Assembly: GCA_015059195.1 (NCBI GenBank)
Contig: SVAW01000004.1
Location: forward strand, 35,440 to 99,439
DNA: 64,000 nucleotides
From: Bacillota bacterium
GTDB taxonomy: Bacteria; Bacillota_I; Bacilli_A; RF39; UBA660
Reading direction: 5' to 3'
A program made the position numbers and the translations under genes. Positions 9,211 to 19,495 of the stretch are shown here, in pieces (position 1 is the first letter of the stretch; every line of letters starts with the position of its first letter). Under the pieces are notes generated by a model that had not been told where the DNA came from, did no database searches, and was given only the letters and a program-made list of their open reading frames with translations.

Positions 9211-9735
9211 TTATACATATTTATCTAAGATTTCTTTAACAAATGATGTGTATTCTGCTTCTACTCCATCCTCCGCCTCGAGTAAACATAGCGGAGGGAA
9301 TAAAATGCACCACCAATTGTCCCCTTGACCGCTTCCTAAGGTGATTACTAATGAATCATAATAACCTTCATCATAAATAATACCCTTATATTCTTTGGCG
9401 GGAAAGTAATTTAATCCAAAATTAACATTATAGGGGATCTCGTATTTTTCTCTTTCTAAAACTTGCGCTATTTTAGTGTTTATGGTTGATAAATTTGCTG
9501 CAATTACACTTCTTGACACATCTATACTATCAACATTTTGTAAAATTGTTAACATATGATTTTGAATTTCATCTTTAACTTCATACTTAACCTTTTGATC
9601 ATACTCTGAATTACTATTAGCTATCACTCTAAACCTTATTGCTTCATCTGGAATCTTTAATATTTCCTCTGCTTTAATGCCAATAAAATAATAAATAGTA
9701 AATATTACTCCAATTAATAAAAGCGTTTTTTTCAT
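9211..9735 (-). CDS. spoIIR: Stage II sporulation protein R
   Basis: Motifs RFRVIANSNSEYDQKVKYEVKDEI and GDNWWCILFPPLC. The start is set at the ATG at 9735 (MKKTLLL, signal/TM), 10 nt after GGAGAGGAG. Confidence 0.85.
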   Translation of the reverse strand: MKKTLLLIGVIFTIYYFIGIKAEEILKIPDEAIRFRVIANSNSEYDQKVKYEVKDEIQNHMLTILQNVDSIDVSRSVIAANLSTINTKIAQVLEREKYEIPYNVNFGLNYFPAKEYKGIIYDEGYYDSLVITLGSGQGDNWWCILFPPLCLLEAEDGVEAEYTSFVKEILDKYV

Positions 9736-9790
9736 AAAAAAATTGCTCCTCTCCATTTAATATTGAGCAATTATTTTAATTTATATTCAA

Positions 9791-10246
9791 TTATTTATGA
9801 TAAGATTCATTATTTAAAATTTTATACGACCTATATATTTGTTCTAAAAGCATTATTCTAAACAATTGATGTGGGAAAGTTAAATCTGAAAACGATAATT
9901 TCATGTTGCTTAATTTTTTAATATCGAGTGACAATCCATATGAACCACCTATAATAAAAGTAATATTGGGATTAATTGATAAAATTTTATCTATTTTCTT
10001 TGATAAATCCATTGAATTATACTTTTGCCCTTCTATTTCTAAAGTGATAATATAATCCTTGACATCAACATACTTTAATATTAAATCTTTTTCTTTTTGC
10101 ATAGAAACCTCAGGATTTGAATAATCAATATCATCTACTTCCATAATTGATATTTTAGTATATTTGGAAAGTCTTTTCAAATATTCATCAATGGCATCTC
10201 TGTAAAATTTTTCTTTTATTTTTCCAACACAAATAATTTTAATCAT
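9791..10246 (-). CDS. rlmH: 23S rRNA (pseudouridine1915-N3)-methyltransferase
   Basis: SPOUT-family protein of 151 aa. MIKIICVGKIKEKF start and a GGSYGL motif. Confidence 0.9.
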   Translation of the reverse strand: MIKIICVGKIKEKFYRDAIDEYLKRLSKYTKISIMEVDDIDYSNPEVSMQKEKDLILKYVDVKDYIITLEIEGQKYNSMDLSKKIDKILSINPNITFIIGGSYGLSLDIKKLSNMKLSFSDLTFPHQLFRIMLLEQIYRSYKILNNESYHK

Positions 10247-11010
10247 ATTTCGATCAACTCTGTTCGTTCATTTTGTTCAGCAACTATTATTCGTTCTATA
10301 TTTGTAGCAGTTTTATTTAAGGCCGCATTAAAAGATGATAGTGCTAACTCTTTGGTATTATTATGCTCGCTTAAATGTGCTAGAATTACACATTTGGTCT
10401 TTTCTCCCACAAATTGTGATAAATAGTATGAAGAATCTTCATTCGACAGGTGCCCTTTATCACCTAAAATTCTTTGTTTTAAATAAAACGGATATTTCGG
10501 ATTGTTCATTAACAAATTAACATCGTGATTACTCTCTAAAATATATAAATTTTTATTAATGAGTTTCTTATGATTTTTAACATTTATGTATCCTGTATCC
10601 GTAATATATACTAAGCTATGACCATCATCTTCAAATATATATCCGTTCGAGTCACTAGCATCATGAGATGTTTTAATAATACTTACTTTTAAGCTATCCA
10701 TTATTAATTCTTTCCCTAAAATCACATAATTTTGTGAATATATAACATCTGATAACTCATGATATATTTTTTCTGTAGTGTATATAATTGGATTGTATTT
10801 TTTAACAAAAGATTTAAGTCCCTGTATATGATCAATATGAGTATGTGTTATAAATACGGCATGGATTGCTCGGACATTTTTATTCATTGATTTTAACTTG
10901 TTTTCAATATAAGCACAACTTACCCCAACATCAATTAAAAATTCCCCTGCAGAAGTCTCAACATAACAACAATTTCCTTTGCTGCCACTAGCTAATAAAC
11001 TTACTTTCAT
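10243..11010 (-). CDS. MBL-fold metallo-hydrolase (YycJ/WalJ-like)
   Basis: HTHIDH metallo-beta-lactamase motif. Overlaps dnaB and rlmH by 4 nt on each side, consistent with an operon. Confidence 0.8.
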   Translation of the reverse strand: MKVSLLASGSKGNCCYVETSAGEFLIDVGVSCAYIENKLKSMNKNVRAIHAVFITHTHIDHIQGLKSFVKKYNPIIYTTEKIYHELSDVIYSQNYVILGKELIMDSLKVSIIKTSHDASDSNGYIFEDDGHSLVYITDTGYINVKNHKKLINKNLYILESNHDVNLLMNNPKYPFYLKQRILGDKGHLSNEDSSYYLSQFVGEKTKCVILAHLSEHNNTKELALSSFNAALNKTATNIERIIVAEQNERTELIEI

Positions 11011-12353
11011 TCTTTGGGTTGTTCCTTCAATTTACTTATAAAAGTACTTGTATTTCTTTTAAATACTAAATCTACTGTCGCGGTTGGGCCATTACGATGT
11101 TTTGCAATAATAAATTCACTCTCACTAGTATTCTCATCTATAGTCACTTGCTTTGTATAATAGTCGTCTCTATAAAGGAAAGCTACTATATCTGCATCCT
11201 GCTCGATAGAACCTGATTCACGTAAATCACTTAATAACGGTCTTTTATCTTCTCTTCCTTCAACAGTACGAGATAATTGTGCTAGAGCTACCACAGGTAT
11301 TTCTAATTCCATCGCTAAGGTTTTTAGTGAACGCGAAATTTCAGAAACTTCTTGTTGGCGATTTCCTGCATATTTAGCAGAACCACTAATTAATTGTAAG
11401 TAATCTATAATAACTATACCAAGTCCACCTTCTGAGCTTGCTAGTCTTCGACACTTTGCCCTAATTTCACTAATTGTCATTCCTGGAGTATCATCTATAA
11501 AAAGCTTTGTATCAGCTAGTCGACTGATAGCTTCATTAACTCTCTTCCAGTCATTATGTTCTAGACGACCATTTTTTAACTTATAACCATCAATTTGCCC
11601 CAATGATGATAACATTCTCATAGCAAGTTGCTCAGCACCCATTTCCATGTTGAATAAAGCTACTGTTTTTTTGCTTCCAACAGCTATATTAGTTGCTAGA
11701 TTTAATGCAAAAGCTGTTTTTCCCATAGCAGGACGAGCTGCAATAATTATTAACTCATTGGGATGTAATCCAGATGTGATTTTATCTAAATCATAAAATC
11801 CAGTAGCGATTCCCGTAATCTCGTTCTTTGTTTGAGCTAATTTTTCTAAATCTGCTTGTGTTTTAAACAAAACATCTTGAATCGTTCTAAACTCTGTTCC
11901 TTTTCGTGTCTTAACTACGTTAAGTATTTTTTTCTCAGCATTATCAAGAATATCATTAATAGATTCGGTGGAGTTATATCCGTCACTTACAATATTAGCT
12001 GCCTCATTAATTAATCTCCTTAGTATTGCCTTTTCTTCTACTATTTTTATGTACTCTTCTATGTTTGCAGCGCTAGGCACAGAATTAACAACTTCTGCCA
12101 CATATTCTACGTCGCCCACCTGTTTTAATAATTTTCTATTATCTAACTCTGCTGTTACTGTAGTTAAATCTATGGAACTTCCTCGTTCAGCCAAATCAGA
12201 TATAACTTCAAACATTTTGGCATGACTCTCCGAATAAAAAACATCTTTAGTTAAAGATTCTACTGCCTTCTGTAACGCATATTTAGATAGAAACATTGAT
12301 CCTAATACAGATTGTTCTGCCTCAATATTATGTGGCATAATTCTTTCTTGCAT
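11007..12353 (-). CDS. dnaB: Replicative DNA helicase (DnaB family; DnaC in B. subtilis nomenclature)
   Basis: PHNIEAEQSVLGSM N-terminus, Walker A AARPAMGKTAF, and IIDYLQLI. Confidence 0.95.
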   Translation of the reverse strand: MQERIMPHNIEAEQSVLGSMFLSKYALQKAVESLTKDVFYSESHAKMFEVISDLAERGSSIDLTTVTAELDNRKLLKQVGDVEYVAEVVNSVPSAANIEEYIKIVEEKAILRRLINEAANIVSDGYNSTESINDILDNAEKKILNVVKTRKGTEFRTIQDVLFKTQADLEKLAQTKNEITGIATGFYDLDKITSGLHPNELIIIAARPAMGKTAFALNLATNIAVGSKKTVALFNMEMGAEQLAMRMLSSLGQIDGYKLKNGRLEHNDWKRVNEAISRLADTKLFIDDTPGMTISEIRAKCRRLASSEGGLGIVIIDYLQLISGSAKYAGNRQQEVSEISRSLKTLAMELEIPVVALAQLSRTVEGREDKRPLLSDLRESGSIEQDADIVAFLYRDDYYTKQVTIDENTSESEFIIAKHRNGPTATVDLVFKRNTSTFISKLKEQPKE

Positions 12354-12361
12354 ATAATCAC

Positions 12362-12802
12362 CTACTTCATTAATTCAACTTTTAAGTTTGCAATTACTTC
12401 TTTATGTAATTCGACTTTAACATTATGAAATCCCAAACATGATAACGGATTATCCAATTTAATAAATTTTTTATCAATATTAAACCCTTTTTGTTTTAAC
12501 TCTTCTGCTATCATTTTGGTACTTACTGTTCCAAACACCCTATCTTGTGTACCTGTTTTTACCTTAAATTTTAAACTATTTTTTTCCAATTTTTCTTTTA
12601 CTTGTTCGCACTTTTTAATATTATCTAATTCTTGTTGTTTTATTTGAGCGTTTTCTTCATTTAATCTTTTTACCCCTGTTTCCGTTGCCATTACTGCATA
12701 ACCATTTTTGATTAAAAAATTCTTGCCATAGCCATCTTTTACTTCTTTTATTTCACCTTTTTTTCCCTGATTTTTTAAATCTTTTAGAAATATAACTTTC
12801 AT
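12362..12802 (-). CDS. rplI: 50S ribosomal protein L9
   Basis: [30 protein letters not shown]. The start is set at this ATG rather than the 6-codon ORF-track extension. Confidence 0.93.
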   Translation of the reverse strand: MKVIFLKDLKNQGKKGEIKEVKDGYGKNFLIKNGYAVMATETGVKRLNEENAQIKQQELDNIKKCEQVKEKLEKNSLKFKVKTGTQDRVFGTVSTKMIAEELKQKGFNIDKKFIKLDNPLSCLGFHNVKVELHKEVIANLKVELMK

Positions 12803-12879
12803 ATATACCTCCTTAAGCACTAAGTTACAATTATTATACTATAATTTAGTTAAATTGTCTTAAACAAAAAGAAAAAAAC

Positions 12880-13809
12880 TTAATTTTGTTTTTCTCTTAT
12901 CCTTTGTGCTAACATTTTAATTTTTTTCATTCTGTGATTTACACCTGATTTAGTTAGTTTTTGCCCTGTTTCCAATGAAATTATATCGCTAAGTTCTACT
13001 AAAGAGGCTTCCTTGTATTTTAAGCGATAATTAGCAATAATTTGTTCCTTTGGATCTAGCAATGCTAAACCACCAGCATTCATAATTGTTTCAATATCTT
13101 TTACTTGTTCATTAGCTGTTGCAATAGTACGCTCTACATTGGCTTGTTCACAATTGTTTAAGCGATTAGTCATGTTTTTGTGATCGCGATAAATTCGGAT
13201 ATCTTCATAATAAAGTAAGCTCTTAGTTGCGCCCACAATTCTTAAAAAATCTCCTATTTTTTCAGCTTCCTTCATGTAAACCATATATTTGTTGTCACGT
13301 TTTAATACTTTACTATTTAATTCAAACTTATTAAGCAAGTCGCTTAAATACTCGCTATATTCAGATGTGGAAACCAAGAACTCTAAATGATATCTGGATT
13401 TTTTAGGGTCATTAATACTTCCACACATTAAAAATACACCTTTAATATAATTTCTAATTAATGATTCATCATCGATTATATATGACTTCGGAATATTAAG
13501 TACGTTATTTCCATCTTTGATTCCTAGGTCTTTTAATATTTCATTTGCTTTAGAGGTTATTTCTAGAATATAAATATAGTTTTTGTTATAATTGTATCCT
13601 CGACGAACAGTAATCTTAGGATTTATTTTATATATTTCTTTAACGAGACTGAAAATATGCCTTATGGCTGCATTGTTTTCTGAATGTATTCGGATACCGG
13701 TTTCAGAAATATTTGAATTATGTATAATGCCAGACAATTCAGATATTTTTTCTGTTTCCATTGTTGTTAAATTTATTATTTCTGATTTTACTTCTCCAGT
13801 AAAAGACAT
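12880..13809 (-). CDS. whiA: DNA-binding protein WhiA
   Basis: MSFTGEVKSEI start, degenerate LAGLIDADG-like core, and C-terminal HTH (LTKSGVNHRMKKI). Confidence 0.9.
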   Translation of the reverse strand: MSFTGEVKSEIINLTTMETEKISELSGIIHNSNISETGIRIHSENNAAIRHIFSLVKEIYKINPKITVRRGYNYNKNYIYILEITSKANEILKDLGIKDGNNVLNIPKSYIIDDESLIRNYIKGVFLMCGSINDPKKSRYHLEFLVSTSEYSEYLSDLLNKFELNSKVLKRDNKYMVYMKEAEKIGDFLRIVGATKSLLYYEDIRIYRDHKNMTNRLNNCEQANVERTIATANEQVKDIETIMNAGGLALLDPKEQIIANYRLKYKEASLVELSDIISLETGQKLTKSGVNHRMKKIKMLAQRIREKQN

Positions 13810-13945
13810 CTTATCACCACCTTATTTTAGCAAATATTGTGTATCAATTCTACTACGGATTATCTCCTGTCGCAGTCACTAAATTATCGCATTCTAATCT
13901 TATTTGATTTCAAGTTATAAATCATTCATTAATTTGATGGCACGT

Positions 13946-14848
13946 CTATCTATTTAAAAAATTTTTCACAGAATTAGCCGACTTTGCGCCATCACTTGCT
14001 GCTGTAATTATTTGATATAAATCTTTTTCAATAACATCACCACAAGCAAAAATTCCCTCGACAGATGTTTGCATACCTTCATCAACAACAATATAATTAT
14101 TGCTCATTTCTATATCTAAATTTTTAGCAAAATCAACTACAGGATCACTACCTATAGCGACGAATAATCCACTAACACGAATTTTGCTATTATCGTGTAA
14201 TTGTATTCCTGCTAATACACCATTTTCTGAAATTAGTGTTTTTATTACACTATTAACTATAATAACAATGTTTTCTTTTGTTTTTACTTGTTCTAATAAT
14301 ATCTTGTCTGTCCTAAAATTATCACTTCTATTGATAATATAAACTTTATCACATATGTTAGATAAATATAGTGCATTTTCCATTGCAGTGTTTCCACCAC
14401 CGACTACTGCAACCACTTTTTCTTTAAATAAATTCCCGTCACAAGTTGCACACCAACTAATTCCATGACCTATTAATTCTTTTTCATTATCCAATCCTAA
14501 ACTTCGTTCTTTCTTGCCAGTTGCTATAATTACCGCCTTAACTCTATATTCAGTTTTATTTGTCTTTACCAGTTTAGAATGCTCCAGATCTGTAATATTT
14601 TCTACCTTTTCGAAAATGATTGGTATTTCTAGTTCTTTTAATTGAGAGGACATCGTGAAAGCAAGTGATGGGCCGTCTATATCCACTAAACCAGGATAAT
14701 TCTTAATCGTATATGTTTTATTTATTTGTCCACCCACAAATTCTTTTTCAAACAAACATACATCTATACCAGCTCTCTTCAAATAAAGGGCCGCAGTCAT
14801 TCCTGCAACTCCAGCCCCTATAACAGCACAATCAAAATCTGATTTCAT
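13946..14848 (-). CDS. trxB: Thioredoxin-disulfide reductase
   Basis: FAD motif GAGVAGMTAA, redox-active CATCDG, and NADPH motif GGGNTAME. Confidence 0.92.
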   Translation of the reverse strand: MKSDFDCAVIGAGVAGMTAALYLKRAGIDVCLFEKEFVGGQINKTYTIKNYPGLVDIDGPSLAFTMSSQLKELEIPIIFEKVENITDLEHSKLVKTNKTEYRVKAVIIATGKKERSLGLDNEKELIGHGISWCATCDGNLFKEKVVAVVGGGNTAMENALYLSNICDKVYIINRSDNFRTDKILLEQVKTKENIVIIVNSVIKTLISENGVLAGIQLHDNSKIRVSGLFVAIGSDPVVDFAKNLDIEMSNNYIVVDEGMQTSVEGIFACGDVIEKDLYQIITAASDGAKSANSVKNFLNR

Positions 14849-15647
14849 TGATATCTCCTTTTTTATTATACTGATTTTCTAATTTAGAACCTCTGTTTCT
14901 AACAATAATAATTATTATTCCTGCAACGACCATGAAAACAGATACTAATTGGGCTTGTTTTAAACCAAATAACATTAAACTGTCTGTTCTCAATGATTCA
15001 ATCAAAAATCTACCAATTCCATACCATATTAAATATATCCCTGTAATTTGACCTATTTTAATATATTTAAGTCTTCTTATAAATAAAATTGCCAAAAATC
15101 CAACCAAACACCATAAAGATTCATACAAAAATGTTGGTTGATAATATGTTCCGCCAATATTCATACCCTCTATAATAAAATTAGGTAAATGTAGATTATT
15201 CAAAAATTCTAATGTGGTTATCGGGCCATGTGCTTCACCATTAAAAAAGTTCCCCCATCTTCCTATTGCTTGTCCAAGAAGAAGTCCTACAACCACCATA
15301 TCTAAAATACGAAAAGTATTTACTTTGTATTTTCTAGTATATAAAATTATCCAAATTAGCCCAAACAAAAGTCCCCCATGAATTGCTAGTCCCCCTTCCC
15401 ATATTTTAAAAATGGATAACAAATTAGAGGAATAGTATGACCAATTAAACACCACATAGTATAATCTTGCACCTATAATTGAAATCGGAACAGCAAAGAA
15501 AAATAAATTAATAATAAAATCTTCAGATATTCCAAATCTTCTAGATTCCCTTAAAATAATCCACCCACCAAACAATAATCCTAAAAAAATCATGATAGAA
15601 TACCAATATATTTGAATAAAACCTAAATCTAAAAATACAGAATCCAT
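14832..15647 (-). CDS. lgt: Phosphatidylglycerol-prolipoprotein diacylglyceryl transferase
   Basis: Polytopic membrane protein with IGRWGNFFNGEA(H)G and YPTFLYES-like (YQPTFLYESLW) motifs. Confidence 0.92.
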   Translation of the reverse strand: MDSVFLDLGFIQIYWYSIMIFLGLLFGGWIILRESRRFGISEDFIINLFFFAVPISIIGARLYYVVFNWSYYSSNLLSIFKIWEGGLAIHGGLLFGLIWIILYTRKYKVNTFRILDMVVVGLLLGQAIGRWGNFFNGEAHGPITTLEFLNNLHLPNFIIEGMNIGGTYYQPTFLYESLWCLVGFLAILFIRRLKYIKIGQITGIYLIWYGIGRFLIESLRTDSLMLFGLKQAQLVSVFMVVAGIIIIIVRNRGSKLENQYNKKGDINEIRF

Positions 15648-15650
15648 AAT

Positions 15651-16076
15651 TTACCTCTTTCTTAGTATATTATCTATAATTGCATCCATAAACAAGTTCA
15701 TTATTGATATAAAAATAGCAACTATAAAACACATAAATATTCCATTTATCGAAAAATGTGGGCCTAAAATCCAAGAAACTATATATAAAATAAATACATT
15801 AATAAAAGGATAAAATAGCCCCAAAGTTAACCCGGTTATAGGCAAGGTAAGCCAAACTAACATTGGTTTTACTGTTTTATTTAATACGTATATTAAAACT
15901 GAAGCTAGAAAAGCCCAAAATCCAAAATAACTATTATCAATTTGAATGGTATTTTTAAACAAAACTGAGACAGTTATCAAAATAAGGGAATATCCAACCA
16001 TATGCATAAGCCAATCTAAAATATAATTTAAATGTGGTCTGTTGGTTTTATTATTCATTATTACTATTTTCATCAT
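15651..16076 (-). CDS. Small integral membrane protein, YvlD/DUF360 (phage holin 4_2 superfamily)
   Basis: Four TM helices with LNKTVKPMLVWLTLPITGLTLGLF. The exact start (several Met codons) is uncertain. Confidence 0.6.
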   Translation of the reverse strand: MMKIVIMNNKTNRPHLNYILDWLMHMVGYSLILITVSVLFKNTIQIDNSYFGFWAFLASVLIYVLNKTVKPMLVWLTLPITGLTLGLFYPFINVFILYIVSWILGPHFSINGIFMCFIVAIFISIMNLFMDAIIDNILRKR

Positions 16077-16103
16077 TCCATCTCCTATTTATATTATATC
16101 ATA

Positions 16104-18062
16104 CTATATATTTTTATCACTTTTTAATTCAAACAAAACATCTCTTAATTCCATTGCTCTTTCAAAATCAAGGTTTTTAGCAGCTTCACGCATCTCTTTT
16201 TCTATGTTTATAATTAAATTATTAATTTCCTTTTTACTCATTTTTTCCGAATTTTTAATTTCCGTTTCCGTAATATTCGATATTGTATCACGTATTTCTT
16301 TAATTATAGTACGTGGTTTTATATTGTTCTTTTCGTTGTATTCTTCTTGGATTTGTCTTCTTCTATTAGTTTCGTCAATTGCTTTTTGCATAGAATCACT
16401 AATACTATCTGCATACATAATAACTCTTCCTTCAGCATTTCTGGCAGCTCTTCCTATAGTTTGAATTAAGCTCTTTTCACTTCTTAAAAATCCTTGTTTA
16501 TCAGCATCCATTATTGCAACTAAACTAACTTCTGGTATGTCCAGGCCTTCTCTTAATAAGTTTATACCAACTAAAACGTCATACTTTCCTAAGCGTAAAT
16601 CACGGATAATTTTAAGTCGTTCTAGCGTTTTGACTTCACTGTGTAAATACGCAACTTTAATATCTAGCTTTTTTAAATACTCGGTTAATTCTTCGGCCAT
16701 TCTAATTGTCAATGTTGTAATTAAAAGCCTAAACCCTTTTTCTTTTTCTTTGTGTATTTGCTCCACTAAATCGTCAATCTGCCCTTTTGTCGGCTTTACC
16801 TCAATTTTAGGATCCAATAGTCCTGTTGGTCTTATAATTTGTTCTACAACGATATTATTGGTTTTTTCTAATTCATAGTCCCCTGGTGTGGCAGAAACAT
16901 ATATTACATTATCTACCTTTTGTTCAAATTCCTCAAATTTTAATGGCCTATTATCAAGCGCACTTGGCAATCTAAAACCGTAATCTACTAATACTGTTTT
17001 TCTTGCCCTATCGCCATTATACATACCTCGAACTTGGGGAACAGTAACGTGTGCTTCATCTATTACCAACAAAAAATCATTTCCGAAAAAATCGATTAAT
17101 GTTGTTGGTGTTGCTCCATCTGGTTTTAAAGCAATGTGTCGCGAATAATTTTCAACACCTCGACAAAAACCAGTCTCGCTTAACATTTCTATATCGTAGT
17201 TTGTTCGTTCTTTTAAACGCTGATGTTCTAATAACTTATTGTTGGTTAAAAAAAATTGCAGTCTATTATCTAACTCTATCTTTATATTTTCTATCGCTTG
17301 GACTAGTTTTTCTTCACTAGTAACAAAATGACTAGCTGGAAACAAAGTATAATTCTTTTTATTGGAAATTATTGCTCCTGTTAAAATATCAAATTCACTA
17401 ATTTTCTCAATTTCATCTCCAAAAAAATCAATTCTAATTGCTTTCCCATGTTGACCAATAGGAACTATTTCTAATATATCTCCTCTTACTCTGAAACTTC
17501 CGCGCGTTAAATCTAAATTATTTCTTTCATATAACATTTCTACCAATTTTTCCAAAACTTGATTTCTATCAATATTATCGCCTACAGAAAAAGTTAAGGT
17601 TTTATTTTCATATTCTTCTATTTCTCCAATTCCATAAATACACGAAACTGAGGCAACAACGATGACATCTCTATTTTTTAATAAAGCCGCAGTAGCAGCG
17701 TGGCGTAATTCATCTATCTCATCATTAATAGATGCATCTTTTTCTATATATGTATCAGTTTTTGCTACATATGCTTCCGGCTGATAATAATCATAATAAC
17801 TAACAAAATATTCTACATGATTGTTGGGAAATAATTCTTTTAATTCTGCATAAAGTTGCCCAGCAAGGGTTTTATTGTGCGCAAGCACTAAAGTAGGCTT
17901 ATTTACTTCTTTTATTACATTTGCTATTGTAAATGTTTTCCCTGTCCCAGTAGCCCCTAATAAAACTTGGTGTTTTTTACCATTTTTAATTCCGGATACT
18001 AGCTGTTTTATTGCCTTTGGTTGATCACCGCTAGGATTATATTTAGATACTAAATCAAACAT
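16104..18062 (-). CDS. uvrB: Excinuclease ABC subunit B
   Basis: [19 protein letters not shown]-terminus, Walker A GATGTGKT, and a C-terminal UVR motif. The start is set at the ATG at 18062, after GGAGGA. No uvrA follows it. Confidence 0.95.
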   Translation of the reverse strand: MFDLVSKYNPSGDQPKAIKQLVSGIKNGKKHQVLLGATGTGKTFTIANVIKEVNKPTLVLAHNKTLAGQLYAELKELFPNNHVEYFVSYYDYYQPEAYVAKTDTYIEKDASINDEIDELRHAATAALLKNRDVIVVASVSCIYGIGEIEEYENKTLTFSVGDNIDRNQVLEKLVEMLYERNNLDLTRGSFRVRGDILEIVPIGQHGKAIRIDFFGDEIEKISEFDILTGAIISNKKNYTLFPASHFVTSEEKLVQAIENIKIELDNRLQFFLTNNKLLEHQRLKERTNYDIEMLSETGFCRGVENYSRHIALKPDGATPTTLIDFFGNDFLLVIDEAHVTVPQVRGMYNGDRARKTVLVDYGFRLPSALDNRPLKFEEFEQKVDNVIYVSATPGDYELEKTNNIVVEQIIRPTGLLDPKIEVKPTKGQIDDLVEQIHKEKEKGFRLLITTLTIRMAEELTEYLKKLDIKVAYLHSEVKTLERLKIIRDLRLGKYDVLVGINLLREGLDIPEVSLVAIMDADKQGFLRSEKSLIQTIGRAARNAEGRVIMYADSISDSMQKAIDETNRRRQIQEEYNEKNNIKPRTIIKEIRDTISNITETEIKNSEKMSKKEINNLIINIEKEMREAAKNLDFERAMELRDVLFELKSDKNI

Positions 18063-18216
18063 TATATTCCTCCTCTCATTAATTTTCAATTTATCATATT
18101 ATTTATATCATTTTTTGTTTAAAAGTACAAGTTTATTAAATGCCTATTATTCTTTAATTTTCATGGAATATTAATATTAAATCTAAATAAAATATATTAA
18201 ATGAAAGGAAATATTT

Positions 18217-19473
18217 ATGAGAAAAATAATTGGATTTATTATTGTTTGTTTATTAACATGCTTTTTCTCTGAACAGGTCATAGCTAGTGATCTGGGTCAA
18301 GCTCGTATCGGTAGTAAATTTTATAATACTTTAGAAGATGCAATTATTGCTGCCTCAAGCAATGATATTATTAATTTAAATAATGATGTATCATTAGATA
18401 ATTCAATAGAAATTAATAAAACTGTTAATATCAACTTGAATGGACACTCTATTAGCACTGAGGAAAAAGTATTTGTTGTACAAGGCGGTAGCCTTAACTT
18501 AACTGGCAAAGGAAATATTTATGAAACACGCCCAAATTATGGAGCCATTATGATAATTGGAGCTGATGATTCTTCAAAAACAGACTATTCTACAGTGAGC
18601 ATTGGCAAAGATATTTTGCTTGAAGGATGGTCTGGAATTTTTATTAATCACCTAAATAAAACAGGATATGGTATTCGCATAAATATGGCTGGTAGTATTA
18701 ATGCTGTAAACGATGCAAGTGGCGACCCAGGCATTGGTATTTATGTTAACGGAAATATTCAAAATAAACAAAATGCACCAATGGTTCATTTAACTGATAC
18801 AGCTAAGATAGCCTCTTCCGGACATGGAATTTATGCTGCTGGATACGCAACATATAAGATAAACGGTGCAGATATTGCTGGTCATGAGGCGGGAATTGGT
18901 ATTAAAGCCGGAGTTTTTAATATATTAAATGGAACTATTATCGGAAACGGCGAAGATCAAACACCTACCACTGGGAATAATAATGGGATAAATGCGTCTG
19001 GTGCAGCCATTCAAATTGAATCCAATCAAGCGTATCCAGGCAATATAGAAATAAATATTGAAAACGGTTTTTTTAATAGTAAAAACAGCAATGTTATCTA
19101 TGAATATACTGTTAATAATACCCAAACCAAAGTTAATTCATTAACAATTTCTGGTGGGAAATATATCTCAGATAAAAATGCGGATGTTTTTAATTTGTCA
19201 GATGATTTGAGTAATAAGTTTAATTTTATCTCTGGTGGAATTTTTTCCAGTAATCCAGAAAAATTTGTAAAATCAGGCTATAAAGTATTAACTAATAAAG
19301 AAAATTTATATGATGTAGTAAAAAATTCAATTAGCGTTTTTTATGAAATTGAAAATAACAATCATAACATAAACTTTCCACTAGTAACTATAATTTTGAT
19401 AATTATCTTTACCGTTATAATATTTATTCTTTCAAAAAAATTTAATCTTATTTCTATACTTACAAAAAAATAA
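18217..19473 (+). CDS. Surface protein: signal peptide, right-handed parallel beta-helix-like repeats, and a C-terminal TM anchor
   Basis: N-terminal signal (…FSEQVIAS). FYNTLEDAIIAASSNDIINLNNDVSL…INLNGHSI is typical of beta-helix adhesin-like proteins. G/N/I-rich ~22-aa turns follow. C-terminal hydrophobic helix, then KKFNLISILTKK. Confidence 0.55.
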   Translation: MRKIIGFIIVCLLTCFFSEQVIASDLGQARIGSKFYNTLEDAIIAASSNDIINLNNDVSLDNSIEINKTVNINLNGHSISTEEKVFVVQGGSLNLTGKGNIYETRPNYGAIMIIGADDSSKTDYSTVSIGKDILLEGWSGIFINHLNKTGYGIRINMAGSINAVNDASGDPGIGIYVNGNIQNKQNAPMVHLTDTAKIASSGHGIYAAGYATYKINGADIAGHEAGIGIKAGVFNILNGTIIGNGEDQTPTTGNNNGINASGAAIQIESNQAYPGNIEINIENGFFNSKNSNVIYEYTVNNTQTKVNSLTISGGKYISDKNADVFNLSDDLSNKFNFISGGIFSSNPEKFVKSGYKVLTNKENLYDVVKNSISVFYEIENNNHNINFPLVTIILIIIFTVIIFILSKKFNLISILTKK

Positions 19474-19495
19474 AAGAAGTATTTCTACTTCTTAT
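19472..19495. terminator. Bidirectional terminator hairpin shared by the beta-helix gene and noc
   Basis: AAGAAGTA-TTTC-TACTTCTT hairpin flanked by A-runs and T-runs on both sides. Confidence 0.5.

Noticed and set aside
9736-9790. Sigma-F-type promoter upstream of spoIIR.
   Set aside because: The 55-bp spacer after rlmH gives only a poor match to the GCATA-15-GGnRAnAnT pattern (GAATA … GCTCAATATT). This is not convincing enough to annotate.
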